Both the position numbers and the translations under genes were made by a program. 64,000 nt of DNA from Leucoraja erinacea (lineage: Eukaryota). The stretch's first letter is position 1, and every line of letters begins with the position of its first letter. The notes under the pieces were generated by a model. It worked only from the letters and a program-made list of their open reading frames with translations. It was not told the origin of the DNA and ran no database searches. Shown in pieces: positions 27,053-41,461 of the stretch. The DNA lies in assembly GCF_028641065.1 (NCBI RefSeq), contig NC_073403.1:10478001-10542000 (forward strand), read 5' to 3'.

Positions 27053-28194
27053 TTAAAAGAACTGCAGTGTTAATACAGCCTAATTTAAGCAATTAGCATT
27101 GGTTTATTATTGTCATGTGAACAGAGATACAGTGAACAACTGTGTACTGAGATACAGTGAAGAACTGCAGATGCTGGCTTATATTGAAGATAGACACAAA
27201 ATGCTGGAGAAACTCAGCGGGACAGGCAGCAACTCTGGATAAAGAAGGGTCTCGACTCGAAACGTCACCCATTCCTTCTCTCCAGAGATGCTGCCTGTCC
27301 CGCTGAGTTACTCTAGCATTTTGTGTCTATCTACAGTGAACAACTGTTTTGCATGGTATGCACGCAAATCATATCATATGAAAACAACAGCGATAGGAAA
27401 CAGAGCGCAAAATAAGGTTATAGCTACAGAGAAGGGGCAGATAAAAACAAGTGCAAAATCGCCAACGAGGTCAATTGGGAGATCATCCTTTACATACGAG
27501 CAGGTCCAGCCCGCCCGCCGCAGAACCGGGAAGCGTGCCTGTAGTAGGGCCGAGGCTCATCTCCTGCTTGTCCCTGAAGACCGGGAACTGGAGGGTGGAG
27601 AGAGTCGGCGACAGCAGAGGATGCTGGACAAAGGTCCAGTAAGGAGAACTGGGGGTGTCCCTTCCTTGCCCTCAAAGCCGGCTGTGGGCATGAAGGCTGA
27701 GCAAGGAGAGAACCAATGGTTCACTGGCGATCCGAATGGAAGCGGCGGCGACTGCAACGGACGTTCATAGCAAGCTGCAGCTGGGACTTTGAAAATGGTG
27801 ACTATTACACATGAACGCAGTGGAATACAATACTTATTGGGATTGTACTTATGTAGGGCAATAATCTTACTGATCGGAATGCAATAAATGAATTCCACTG
27901 CACCTTGGTACATGTGATAATAAAAGAACCATTAACCACCTAGGAACTTTAAGCTCTCGTCCATCTCCACTTCTGCACCATTAAAGCAGACTGGGGTGTG
28001 TACTTGTAAATAAATATTTGGGAAACAGGTTATGTTGCATCAATTTATCTTTTGCTAAGCAACAAACAACTCACATCCTGAATCAGAATTTCCTACAATT
28101 TTTCTTCCCCCACCCCAAGTAAAACATGGAAGACATACAAAAAAGTAAAGTATCTTGAATGTCAATAATTGCAAAGATTCATCCAGGACATCTG

Positions 28195-28843
28195 TAGAAA
28201 CATAGAAACATAGAAATTAGGTACAGGAGTAGGCCATTCGGCCCTTCGAGCCTGCACCGCCATTCAATATGATCATGGCTAATCATCCAACTCAGTATCT
28301 TGTACCTGCCTTCTCTCCATACCCTCGGATCCCCTTAGCCACAACGGCCACATCTAACTCCCTCTTAAATATAGCCAATGAACTGGCCTCGACTACCCTC
28401 TGCGGCAGAGAGTTCCAGAGATTCACCACTCTTTGTGTGAAAAAGGTTCTTCTCATCTCGGTTTTTAAAGGATTTCCCCCTTATCCTTAAGCTGTGAACC
28501 CTTGTCCTGGACTTCCCCAACATCGGGAGCAATCTTCCTGCATCTAGCCTGTCCAACCCCTTAAGAATTTTGTAAGTTTCTATAAGATCCCCTCTCAATC
28601 TCCTAAATTCTAGAGAGTATAAACCAAGTCTATCCAGTCTTTCTTCATAAGACAGTCCTGACATCCCAGGAATCAGTCTGGTGAACCTTCTCTGCACTCC
28701 CTCTATGGCAATAATGTCCTTCGTCAGATTTGGAGACCAAAACTGTACGCAATACTCCAGGTGTGGTCTCACCAAGACCCTGTACAACTGCAGTAGAACC
28801 TCCCTGCTCAAATACTCAAATCCTTTCGCTATCAAAGCTAACA
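28195..28843 (-). mobile_element. young CR1 LINE 3' fragment
   Basis: ORF 28365-28844 [19 protein letters not shown]...; (TTTCTATG)n tail on the minus strand. Confidence 0.93.
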
Positions 28844-28965
28844 TAATTAACTCGGTGATGGTGCTAGCGATAGTGGCCTGGTGCTCGTCAGTGGGGTCCT
28901 GCCATAGTCCACATCAAATGACTAGTAGCATGCATTTTAATCATTTAAATTAAAAATTAACCCAC

Positions 28966-29102
28966 CTCTGGACCTAACATAGCTGCTGGATCTGTGATTG
29001 TCAGCATTACTTCATTAACCAGCTCCATAGGAATGTCACCCATCACTCGCATTCTTTTTGCATCTTCTAGGGTCATGGTGTCAGGCAGCTTCCTTTTCTC
29101 TC
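28966..29102 (-). CDS. KAT2A: KAT2A exon 9
   Basis: GEKRKLPDTMTLEDAKRMRVMGDIPMELVNEVMLTITDPAAMLGPE; 137 nt. Confidence 0.96.
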
Positions 29103-29659
29103 CTGTAAAGTACAATACACCAACTAAAAGTATTCAACATTAATACATTTTGTCCCAGTTGGTCAGCTGAGCCACGGTTCACAATTATTTCACTGCCACA
29201 CGAGATATGTGATTTTTAGTCTTGAAAGGATATTATGTACAAACTGGATTGGGATCAGTTCAATGCTTCCAGCAACGAAACACATGAGGTTGCAGGGCAG
29301 TGGGCTCTGGCACAGCCCTTGCCACCATCAAATGCATTAAAAGGTAGTGCAGCCTTAGAAGGTGGCATCCATCAACAAGAATTACTACCATCTGATCCAT
29401 GCCCTCTTCTCACTGCTTTCATCTTGCAGGAGGTACAGAAGTCTGAATTGGCACACGGCTCTTTAAAGGAATATTGCTTTCTTATAATTATCAGGTTCTT
29501 GAACTAACCCACACAACCCTAATCCTACCTTGTCTAACTTCAATCAACACAACCTGGGGTCTCAGGATGAAGGTGAGGGAGGCGGTATAGGGACCCCAGG
29601 TTGTGTGGATTGAAGTTAGACAAGATAGGATTAGGGTTGTGTGAGTTAGTTGCCCTCTT

Positions 29660-30000
29660 TACCACCATCCAGGGATCCCAGCAATCGATCCAGCTGAGAC
29701 AGAGGTTCACGTCCACCTCCTCTAATCTCATCTACTGCATCCGGTGTTCCTGAAGTGGCCTCCTATACATCGGCAAGACCAACTGTGGACTCTGCCATCG
29801 TTTCGCCGAACACTTGCACTCGATCTGCCAAGGCCTACTGGATGCTAACCATTTTAACTCTTCTTCCTATATTGAGCTTTCTGTCCTGGGCCTCCTCCAT
29901 TGCCAGATCGAGGCCGCAGGCAAACTGAAGGGACACCTCATATCATATTCCACTAACAACACAAAGGTATGAACATTGAGTTCTCCAAATTTTCTCCACC
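29660..30000 (+). mobile_element. Penelope-like GIY-YIG fragment
   Basis: QRFTSTSSNLIYCIRC...LYIGKT; matches 50740-51070. Confidence 0.75.
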
Positions 30001-31232
30001 CACACCCACCCCCCACTTCTTCCCCCACCCACCTCCCCCCTTGCACCCGACCTGGAATCACGCCTATTTCTCCCCTCCTACATTCCTTCCTCTAGCTTCA
30101 CAATTCTCAGCCCGTCAATCCTTTTGACTCGCACCTCCTGTCTTTTCATCTCTGTCCTTTGTTCCACCATTTGCCTATCAAAATTTCCCCATCACCAATT
30201 TCAAACTATTACCTGCCAGGCCATGCACTGCCCCTCCCAGCTTTTTGCACTAAAAAACACAAATTACCCCATTAAAATGTCATTCATTATTCTCTATGTT
30301 TTAGGAGCAGAATATGGTGAGCTATCCTAAACATGTTAAAATATTTAGTAAATATGTTAACATATTTAGGAAAATAAAACAAATATTTCTTGAAGAATAA
30401 GAGTTTGAGTTATCCTGGCTCTATGTCATATTATTGAATTGCACTTGCAAAGACCATGGAATAAGTCAATTCAATATCCTTTTCAGGAGAGGAAAATCAT
30501 TCGCAGATGGGACTGGTAAAAGGAGGGAATAGTCAGAAGTCTTGGTCCCCATTATTAGCCGTGTTGGAAATTTTAGGTAGTACAAGGGAAAGGGCAGATA
30601 TCGTGCCGTGCACACTGCCAAAAGTTAGAGCAATTTCTATGTAGCCAGCAGGCACTACAGATACTGGAATCCTGTGCAAAAATACAAAATGTTGGAGTAG
30701 CTCAATGTGTCAGACATCATCTCTGGACAACATAGAGAGTCTGAAGGGTCCCAATCAAAAACTTTGCCTATCCATGTTCCCCAGAGATACTGCTAGACCT
30801 TATTCCAGCACTTTGATTTATTTGGAACAAGTTTTGTGGCTGCCCTGGAAGGCAATCATAGTAACTCTAATGTAATACAAAGAGAACCCAAAAGTTCATT
30901 TGTAGACAGAAGGAACTGCAGATGTTGGTCTACAAAAAAGACACAAAGTGCTGGAGTATCTCACTGAGTCCGGCAGCATCTCTTTCACCTTCCACCCATA
31001 TTCCTTCTTCTGGCTTCACATTCTGTGCCTCTTCCATCCTTATCTCACTTTGTCTTTCGTCTCGGTGGCATGGTGGCGTTGTGGCAAACAGACTTATAGC
31101 GCCAGAGACCCGGGTTCAATCCTGACTACGGGTACTTGTCTGTGCGGAGCTTGTACGTTCTCCACGGGACCTGCATTTCCTCCCACAGCCCAAAGACGTA
31201 CAGGTTGAAAGGTTAATTGGCTTGGTATAAAA

Positions 31233-31385
31233 NNNNNNNNNNNNNNNNNNNNNNNNNNNNNNNNNNNNNNNNNNNNNNNNNNNNNNNNNNNNNNNNNNNN
31301 NNNNNNNNNNNNNNNNNNNNNNNNNNNNNNNNNNNNNNNNNNNNNNNNNNNNNNNNNNNNNNNNNNNNNNNNNNNNNNNNNNNNN
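31233..31385. other. assembly gap (153 N) inside an HE1-like SINE (~31070-31445)
   Basis: run of N; both flanks are collinear with the SINE at 47065-47378. Confidence 0.98.
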
Positions 31386-32257
31386 GCTGGTCGGTGCAGA
31401 CATTGTGGGCCGAAGGGCCTGCTTCCGCAGTTTCTCTAAACAGATTACCCATCCATCTGCCAATGATCTCCCTCATTTGTTTCTACCTTTCACCTGCCCC
31501 CACCACTCTTCCAGCTTTTGCCCCTCTACTATAAACAGTCTGAAGAAGTATTCCAACCCAAAGCGTCGCCTTTCTATGTTCTCCAGAGATACCAACCTGA
31601 CCCGCTGAGTTACTCCAGCACTTAGCTTCTTCCAGAAGTTAATTTCTTGGCGACTTGTATTTTCTCTACCATCAGCATTCCAAATCTAGCCCTCATGTCA
31701 GTACACTTAAGCAGAACATTTCTGAACCATGGTGTATTTTGCAGTAGTATAAATATTTTCATAAAATAGAATGTCGATTACCAATAAAACATATGTATAA
31801 ACAGAGGACTGATGCCATCAAGTGTCAAAGATGCATTATTACAATTTTTGGGGGAAATAAAAACCAAATATTAGAGGCAACTTGGTTAAATCTTGCATAT
31901 TTCGGTAAGCCTTTATCAACGTCGTTTGTTACACGATATTTCATATCCATTTGTTCAATTAAATGGCAGATGCTTACTCAACAAGTACCAAGCATTCCAA
32001 ACTGACACAGATTCTCATCAATTTAAATAACCTTCCAATTCAAAGACTGACTTATGCTAAGTGGGTGTCGCCTAATTGAAATAGAACAAACTTTATAAAA
32101 AACATTCCAAGCAGATGCGACACTACTGAAAGAATTATATCATTATTTTATATGAAAAGTACAAGTAATGTAATCGCATTACAATGCTTTAAAATTGTCC
32201 AGCTCTAATATCAGATTTGAAAACATTACTTACAGATTACAGCAATGCAGCAATTAC

Positions 32258-32368
32258 CTGATGCTGGCTCAGAAAGTCCCATGTCAACACTGATGGAAGC
32301 TGGACTTGAGGTACTATTGATGCTTCTGCTTGATGGAGGGTTACTAGGCACTGGAGATGGAGTAACGG
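32258..32368 (-). CDS. KAT2A: KAT2A exon 8 (low-complexity linker)
   Basis: AVTPSPVPSNPPSSRSINSTSSPASISVDMGLSEPAS; 111 nt, CAG/GTAAT, phase 1-1 fits. Confidence 0.88.
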
Positions 32369-33265
32369 CTGAAAGCAAAATAACAGTATTATTTTCCTAA
32401 ATACAAAGTTTCATACACCCTGCATTAAAGCAAACAAAGTAATGTAACATGACCTGTTGACCAACATACATCAAGAGGATCCCACGCTCAAAACATTTAT
32501 TTTTTATTTTTTAAATGACAATATTTTTTAATATTTGCAGTGCAGTTGTATTTTCAAATTAATATGTACAACGTACATTAATCCTTTAAGGACTGAAGCA
32601 GCATTAAACTACTAATTTTAAATCTGCTATATGAATATCAGGCATAAGTAAATATTCAAAAAAAAAAAAAACTGTAGATGATAGAAATCTAACAAAAACA
32701 ATATACTGGAAATATTCGGTATTTCAAAACCATAACGGAGGAAGAGAAAACAATTAACGTTACAGTTCAAAGAGAAAAAGAAAATATTAATACAATCAGG
32801 AAGAACAACAAAGAAGAATAGGAGGGAGAGAGCATGTGGGCAAGGGAGCAGAATCAGGCCTGGACAACAAAAATAAAAAATTAAAAGCACAGGCAATTAT
32901 ACGGATATTAATGATTTTTGTACTCAGGGCAAGGTTTGTTGATACTGAGGAATTCAACCAATTCTCATATCAGGCATGCAAAATCAATGCACTGTTAAAG
33001 TTCCTTTTAATCTGAATTAAGATTGTTTCATTGCCTCCCATGGATGAGCACCCTCTTTCTACAGCAAGACATTTTCAATTTCACACACCAGTTATCTCAT
33101 GTTATCACTAAATGGGATTACCAGCCCGTGCTGAATTAGGAACAATTTCATGCTTCAGCCCATGAACTGAAACCTCAGGGTACCAGGTAAACTTTCACTG
33201 TCTGGATCTCCACAGAATCTGACAAACATATACCTACAATGACTATTAACACAAGAGTCAGCTAC

Positions 33266-33372
33266 CTGTCTGTTGTCCCAGTTGCACTCCTTCTGAAGCA
33301 GATAAAGTGAAATCAGAATCCCATATTGGCGAATTCAGCCCATAAATCTCTTCCTCCAGCATAGACAGAAAC
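33266..33372 (-). CDS. KAT2A: KAT2A exon 7
   Basis: FLSMLEEEIYGLNSPIWDSDFTLSASEGVQLGQQT; 107 nt. Confidence 0.95.
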
Positions 33373-34096
33373 CTACGCAAATAAATTGAAATGGCTGATG
33401 AAACGGAGCAAACACCAGCGATAGCAAAGCTATAACAATGTTAAGTTAAAATCATACATCACGTTAAAAAGGTTTAAAAGTACAGTTCAATGTAAAAACA
33501 TCTAAAGTTAAGAAGGCTGGTTACAAGAGAAATTTAGAACAATGATACAGTCAAGATTATACAGAAATTGGCTGGTTTGGAACAGGTACATTTCAGAGCA
33601 GAGCATCAAATAATCCAAACATTAACATATTTTATATCGACAAGAATACAGAATTGTTATATTTTCCAGAAGTAGTATTTTTAATAAAACGCGTCCTGGG
33701 GAGATAAACCAGGTCACAGACTTTTCACTGCGTGTATTTCATGCAATTAAAAAGATTACTGCTGGAGTAGATGTGCATTCAGGGAGCAATACCAAGTCCC
33801 CTTGATTCTGTCTTACAATTACTTCTGTCAAGAAATGCGTGCACTAGGTACCGGAAGCCCGCATACTAATTATTTCCCAAGATATGGCTGTTTATGCCAG
33901 CTCTTTCCAAATTTGTTTAGTTCAAGCATCTTGAAAATTGAGAGATTGGTGGGGGGGTGGGGGGAGGAAAGAGGAGAAAATGTTAGAGGCTGCTTCAAAG
34001 AAAAACTGTTCTGCTGCAGCTGCCTCTATAATAGTGCCAGATATTGCTTCTTTCATAAGCAAATGCTACATCAGAATTGAGGCATTAACCTCTTAC

Positions 34097-34288
34097 TTTG
34101 GAAAGTGGGTCAGAATAAGCGTTCGTTTTTCAGGCATCAGTTTATCCTTCTCCACTCTGAACTTCTCGAGTAGCTGACGTCGGGTTACTGTGAAGATGGA
34201 ACGAAGTAGCGTCCGTCCGAAGACATGTGTGGTTTCATACCGCGGAAGGCTGTCACAGCTTTGTGGTACATGACAGTAGCACAGCCAC
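34097..34288 (-). CDS. KAT2A: KAT2A exon 6 (PCAF-N domain)
   Basis: WLCYCHVPQSCDSLPRYETTHVFGRTLLRSIFTVTRRQLLEKFRVEKDKLMPEKRTLILTHFPK; 192 nt. Confidence 0.97.
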
Positions 34289-36322
34289 CTAGAATACAAA
34301 CAAGTTCACAAAGTATTACTCTTTAGACTTTGGACATAAATATGAGGAAAATCAACATGAACAATTTTGCAGTGCATTCAGGATTATTATTTTTTTAATT
34401 TTGCAAGTGACAAACATAGTAAAAGCTTGTGGTGGGTGCCTGGATGCACTGCTAGGGGGAGTGGTGGAAGCAGATCCAATAGCAATATTTAAGAGGCATT
34501 TACACATGGCATGGATAGCAAAGGTTTAGAGGGATATGGGAAGAATATAAGGCACTGGGCTTACTTTGTTAGTATGGATAAATTAGCTGACAGATTGAAA
34601 GTTGTAACTAGCACAAATTATTGTTGCACCCTCAACTAGTTACAATCTATATTAGTGAGTTGAACAAAAGGACCAGGTACATAATAGCCAAATTTATTGA
34701 TGATTCAAAACTAGATGGGAACGCAGGTCATGGAGGATAGAGAGTCTGCAAAAGGAATATTACTATGTTAAGAAAATGGAAAAGTATTCGTTTGGTGGTA
34801 TAGAATGTGATGAAAATGCAAGGTTATCCAATTTGGTAATGGGTGTGAAAGAAGACTGGCACCCTGCATTTTTCACAGAGGTTACGTGCTTGAAATGCAG
34901 CTCATGAATCAAAAAGTGCGCAACTTTAACATATGCCAGACACCACACGCAACTACACCGTCATATGGTGCCAGGCAAAAAATTGAGCGTGTTATTTCAA
35001 AAATAGGAGCACATAAATTAAACTTCGATAGGAATTAAACAAGTGCATTATTCTAAAAACGCATAAATCAAACACACATAAAACACGAAGTGTCTATTAT
35101 TAAAAAGGAACAAGACCACAGGATGCAATTGTCACAAAGTGATCTGGAGGTCTTCAAGTACAAACACAAAGTACACACGCAGCTACATCCAACAATTAGA
35201 AAGTCAAATAGAATGCAAGTCTTCTATTAAAAAAAGGGAATGGAGTTTAAAAATTGAGAAATCTTGCTACAACTCTGCATTTTAGGCAGTCCATCCAGAT
35301 ATAGAATAATTTGCTACCATTCCATTTCAATCGGTTCCATTGGCTTCCCATGTGATTTAGGAGGGGTCAGCTATCTTGTTTTTCAAGCCAGTTCTTCGTG
35401 ACCAGTGAAAAATCTTCCCTTCATCTGCCCTGTCAAGCACTGTAAGCTGTTTCAATTAGATCACCTCCCATTCTTAAAAACCCATAAGAATATCCTCTAC
35501 ATAATCTCTTATTACATTGCAAAGCCGCCACACCAGCAACAAGTAATGATCACTCTGCTCCCTCTATGTTGAGTTTATGCTTTCTCAGGAGACCTAGGTC
35601 GTACACTCAATGTGTAATCTCACCAACATTGTACAGTTGTAGTAGAACATTTTTTGTTTTAAAATCCTGCTGCAAAGGACAATGTATCATCCACCTTCTA
35701 TCATCAGCCACTTGAAAACCAATGGAAGCAAATCATCCTCAAATCGCACAAAGTGGCGCAGCTGAAATTGCTTACTTCACCTTCATGTTAGTTTTCAATA
35801 GCTCCCAACGTGTGCATAGAAGCTCCATAGATTTGAGACTGGACAGTTTCAGAAGACATAATATTTCCTTCCTCCTTCTGTGCGAGACCACCACAGGGGT
35901 TCATACTGCATCTGCTTACCAAGCTAAGGCTACCAAGAAGGATTTAAGATACTATGCCTCAGATGACAAAATCTTGTACTTATTTTCCAGTGATCATGCC
36001 CATTGGGGTTTAGACATTCCCATCTCAAATTAATTGTGGCAGAATCAACACAATTTCTGACTTCAATCAGTTGCAACGAAAAAAGAGACTCATTATTTGG
36101 CAACCTAAATCAAAGCAGCACAACAATAAATCCTACTGAAACCATAAATGTTGTAATGTAATAAGGACTTTACAGTACACGAGTGTTAAAAAGGACTGCT
36201 GGCATCTTAATGCATTCATAAAGTTTCTTTCCCTTACATCAACATTCCTGTTTGACAAAACAAATATGAAAGTAAAACCAGCAATAGCACCCTCATAAAC
36301 CAACCTCTAACGCTTCCAATAC

Positions 36323-36504
36323 CTGGTATAATTAACTTTGTATGCATCAACATCTTCATTCTGCGACCTCTGCCGGAATTGTGATGGAGTTTCCAGCTTC
36401 CAGTAGTTCAAACAGAGGAGAAACATTTTGGAAAGTTCAAACATAGTTTGCTTTTCTTTGGCAGGAATGTGACTGAATTTGTACTGAACAAAATTTAGAA
36501 TTCC
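36323..36504 (-). CDS. KAT2A: KAT2A exon 5
   Basis: GILNFVQYKFSHIPAKEKQTMFELSKMFLLCLNYWKLETPSQFRQRSQNEDVDAYKVNYTR; 182 nt. Confidence 0.97.
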
Positions 36505-37297
36505 CTGAGAGAAACAGAACATTAAAGATTTACATTTGTGGCACATTTATGTTCAATATTTATTCTTATGTCTTCCTCTAAAATATATTTTTCCTTTGTT
36601 TCCTGTAAAATGGCCCATTGCACATCATCTAGTGAAATTGTTAGGCTCATTGTGGCCAATTTCAACTTCTGAGACTCCTGGCAGATTGAATAAATTGATT
36701 GCCAGCAAGAAAATATAAATGGAGCTATTTTATACCCAGGGCTCATTTATATTGTGCCATTCATCTGAAAGCTTCAGATCGTCTCCCAACACAGACTGAT
36801 ACAAAAGTGTCTAGCTTAACATCTGCTTGTATAGCAACCACGTAAATATCTGGGTGATATCAGGGTAGTAAACACAAATTATGAATATAAACCCAATTTC
36901 AGAGACCCAAGCACTTAATCAAGCCAGACTGCTCGGTGCACATCCAAATGGTATCAGTTTCAACCTCAAGGAGGTAAAAACATCAGCAAATGCTTCAGCA
37001 AGGTTTACTGCCCTTGGTTAGTTAAATTTCACCCAGGTAACTAGATATTGAACCAAACAATATACAAATTTAGAAATTTGTTGCAGAAAGAAACAATAAA
37101 GAGTGGTTTTTTTTCTCAAAGGTTTATCCTCCAAAATATGAAGCAACTTTTAGATTATCGCATCTTTATCATAGTGCCGATCTTTTAATCATAACTTATT
37201 TATGTTGCTCCTTTTCAATGTGGACATAAATGTAATAAGGATTGTCTTCTCTACTTACAATTGAATCTCACTTAAGCTTCCAGTGTTAAAATCTCAC

Positions 37298-37387
37298 CTG
37301 CTCTATACTTGGTTTATCAAAGGGGGGGCTTCCCAACTTTCCTTCCACGACAGGACGTATCATTTGCAAGATGCATTTCCGTAAAAG
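37298..37387 (-). CDS. KAT2A: KAT2A exon 4
   Basis: LLRKCILQMIRPVVEGKLGSPPFDKPSIEQ; 90 nt. Confidence 0.96.
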
Positions 37388-38254
37388 CTAACAAGAGAGA
37401 AAACGTGTCAGCTTCTTAACTTAATTCAACATATTGAAGAAAAATAGAATGGAACAGTTTCAGTCTGAAGCATACATTATATTCAGATTTTTGCTATTGT
37501 TCTACATTTTGCATGACTTTCAAGTTCCCTCAAGAAACTGAATTGTAACAAGATCAAACACAAATTGCCCATTCCTCACAGTATAGTAACAGATTAATAA
37601 ACACACAGATTAGGTAATAGGCTGATCAGGCCATTGATGAATTTGTCCCAATTCATTTGCGTTCCAGAATCAAAGTCAACTATCCCTCAAATTGGAATTT
37701 GCCATATTTAAAAAAAGGTTAAGCACCGTTTTTCAAAAACTTAATTGCCTTTATTTCTAACCCATTGCACAATCTATGGCCTTCATGACAGAAGATTTGA
37801 GATTTAAATTATGGGTGACAGAATAATGTCAATGGTCCTCAAATCATGAATCTGATTCAAAATGTACCATTGGTATGAAAATCCTCGCTCATCATTTTTC
37901 CCCATAGATAATAGCATCTTGTTCGTCTCCTAATTACGAAAACTATTTTAATCTCTCATTAAGAATTTGACTTTAAGATGCGGACAAATACTACTCAAAA
38001 TTAGATTTAAATTAAACATCAATTAAATTAAATTAAACATGAGACCCGTCTCATTTGCTTTCGAGGTCTATCCAACCATCAGAAATTCCAAATCTGTTAT
38101 CTCAAACGAATTCTGCTCATTGCATTCTTGCTTTCATTTAATTTTATTACATGGTTTGGCAATAATGTTCTGGAGTTATTGGATTGAAAATTATGAATTG
38201 AACCAAGATATGAGCACATTATCTAGGTTGTAATATCAATATAATATGGTATGG

Positions 38255-38371
38255 TTCCGGTGGGCGGCGCGACTCTCGTCAGCAGCGGCCTCTGCAGTCT
38301 GTCCGTTTTTTATTATCTTCTGTCTAAGTTTTTATGTAGTTTTTGTTAATTTTGTTGGGGTGTGTGTGTGT

Positions 38372-38406
<35 letters not shown>

Positions 38407-39140
38407 ACTTTTTAAATCTCTCCCTGCACGGGAGACCCGACCTTTTCTCGTCGGGTTTCCGTTATCGTTGGGGCTGCAACGAGGAGCGGCCTCCAACAGG
38501 AAGAGACTGGGGACTCTGGTGCCGACGACTCACCGTCGCCGTCGCGGGGCTGGCCGAGTCCGGAGCGGGTGGAGCGGTGGAGGAGCGCTGCTGCTGCTGC
38601 TGCTGCTGCTGCGGCCGACCGGAGAGTCGGAGGCTTCAACGGCAGGTCTGTGGACGGCGGCACCGGGAGCCCGCGGGTCCCTGGAGGGAGACCGCTTTTC
38701 AGGGCTCTCGCAACGGCGACTTCCCCCGCCCGAGTTGCGGGGTCGAAGAGCTCCTGGAGCGGGGCCTACATCACTGCCCCGCGCGGCTTGGAATGGCCGC
38801 AGGACTCTGCGAGCGCACGCCGGGGGCTCTAACATCAAGACCCGGTGTGCGACCTCGCACCACCCGGCGTGGCTTTAATGGCCGCGGGACAATCGCCATC
38901 GCCAGCCGGGGGCTTTGACTTTGACTCTGACATCGGGGGGGGGGGGGGGGGGGGGGGGGAGGGGGAGTGCAGTGGAGAGATAAGTTTATTTGGCCTTCCA
39001 TCACAGCAATGTGATGGATGTTTATGTAAATTATGTTGTGTCTTGGGTCTATTTGTTTGTAATGTATGGCTGCAGAAACGGCATTTCGTTTGGACCTCAA
39101 GGGGTCCAAATGACAATTAAATGTATCTTGTATCTTGTAT
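38255..39140 (+). mobile_element. GC-rich non-autonomous retroelement with poly-G runs, (CTG)8 and a LINE-like tail
   Basis: CpG-rich body in an AT-rich intron; ends ...CAAATGACAATTAAA(TGTATCT)n. Confidence 0.6.
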
Positions 39141-40005
39141 TGGTTTATTATTGTCACATGTACCAAGAGACATTGAGAAGCTTTGTTTACTTGCTATCCA
39201 GTGATATCAAACTACCGAGTACAATCAAGCCAAACACAAGAACAAAGAGGGAAATATCAGTGCGAAATATGGTATTACAGCATTACAGAGAAAGTACAGA
39301 TTAGAGAGACAGTTACAGAGAAAATACAGGTGAAAGTACAAGCTCCGTGGTGAGGTATGAATGCTAGAATCTCCAAGACTCATCCCCTCTGACATCTAGG
39401 CAAAAACTCATTATAACATCTACAGATAAACTATTATAGAGTCAGAGAGAATGAATCAGCATTGAAACATTGTTAGTTATATCGCTGTATAAATATATAG
39501 TTCATCTCAACAAATCCCAGAGATAAAAGCAAGTATTTGGTCATTTATTATTGCTGTTTGTGGGACTTTGCCATTTGAGCATATCACCTTGCTTTATATC
39601 AGTAACTACACTTCGAAAAGGAACTTCAAGTACTTTCTGCATTGAAAAAAAATATCTGGGCCATCCCACACCTTCTCCCCGAAATAAAAACTAAGTGCAA
39701 TAGTACATGCTCACTCAAAGCAATTTTAAGATTTCAAAAAAATTCAGGGACCAAGGGTTTATTTTAGTCCATAAACTTTAATCTATTAGTTCATTTATAT
39801 TTTTTCTATATACTCAAGCCAAATGTTGCAACACACTGTTGTCACTGCAGCATTTCCTCTAGATATAGCAAAGGAAGCATGTCAAATGTCACCACTCATG
39901 GCTTTGCAAATGCTATATTTAACATAGGAAATATAGAACTACTGCTTCAAGTTCTCAGATCAAGATGAACTAAATCATTGACATTTTTTTTAAAATTAAA
40001 CTTAC

Positions 40006-40151
40006 TTTGAAAAGATAAAAATACACTTGTTTTGTATCAGTGTCCTCCTCTTTGTGAACGGACATGAACAGATTCTCCACATCCACCACCATCCCAAGCA
40101 GTCGGTTAATCTCATCTTCTGAAACATTATCCAGGTGAGAAACATGGTCCG
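40006..40151 (-). CDS. KAT2A: KAT2A exon 3
   Basis: ADHVSHLDNVSEDEINRLLGMVVDVENLFMSVHKEEDTDTKQVYFYLFK; 146 nt. Confidence 0.97.
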
Positions 40152-41461
40152 CTAATGATCAAACAAATCACACAAACATAACAAATCCAAACATTAAAAG
40201 CTAAAAAATGAGTTAATTATTTTAAAACTAGATCTTATTTCTAAAACAACTTCAATATCAGGTTGATTTGCAGCTTTTGGAATGCAATCATCTCGGCTCC
40301 AGGCCATCCTCGGGATAATGTAATGGGCCCCAAACATCATCAGATGCTTCATCAATTAATTCCCTTCCACCATACGATCTGAAGTAAGGATCTTCAATGA
40401 CGAGTGCACAATGTTCATTTTCATTTGCAAACATTCAGCAGCCCAAAAGGTTTAGCCAATAATGAGGCCTAATAAGTTGTGTAGGCAACAACGATCTCTA
40501 ACAATCCTCAGAATATCACCAAAGATCAGAAACTCAATTGGACTAGCAACATGAATATTCACTGGAGCTATAAAAATGATCAGAGGATGGATATTCTGTC
40601 AGAAGTGAATAACTTCCAGTCGCTCAAAGTCTTCCTGCCACCTACAAGGCAGAAACCAAGAGTATGATGAAATGCTCCCCAATTTCTTGAACAAGAGCAG
40701 CTCCAACAATATTTAAAAAGCTCAACTCCACCCAGGACAAAGTATCCAAATTGACTAAAACTGCATGCACCACCTAAACATTAATTAATCCCCACCTACC
40801 GTGTACTGTGGAATCTATGGACCATCTAATAAATGCACTGGTTACTGATCCAGCCACCTCCTGAAACAGAGCAGTACAAGTGCTTCCGTGTTTGGGAACA
40901 CAAACTGGTTTGTTCGCCCCACCCCATTCTGATTGGAAATATCTCACCATTTTCACCATTTCATCAATTCCACCATGTTTAATTCCTGGAGCCCACTTCC
41001 CAACTGCATTGTGGACGTATTTTCACCAGAATGACTGTAGTAGTTCAAGGCAGCAGCTAATCATCTTCTCGGGGGGGGGGATTATGGATGGGCAATAACA
41101 TGCTGGCCTTGCCACTGTTGCTCAAGCTCAAAAAACTGAATGAGTTTAAAAATAATTGTGCAGCATCTTTGATTCAGCAAAGACCATTATCATGTTCCAG
41201 GAAGTTACCAAATTTTGATACACTGCCTCAAATGGAGATACTAGAAGAGTAGCCATTTTTTTGTATGCACCTTCAAAGAGAGGTGAAAATATTTAACAAT
41301 TAAATTCTGGAGTGAGTAGTCAAAGTTTTATTCCATAACATAGGTTTTAGGGTTAACCCTATTCCCAGGATTGTCTAGACATCTGTCAAATTACTGCATC
41401 AACCGATTCCCTCAATAAGTTTAAGCGTCAAGGTGAAATCTCAATCTCCAAAGATATTTAC

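Noticed and set aside
38246-39166. Cluster of long overlapping ORFs (up to 210 aa)
   Set aside because: Explained by GC-rich repeat DNA with poly-G and CTG runs; no domain or splice context
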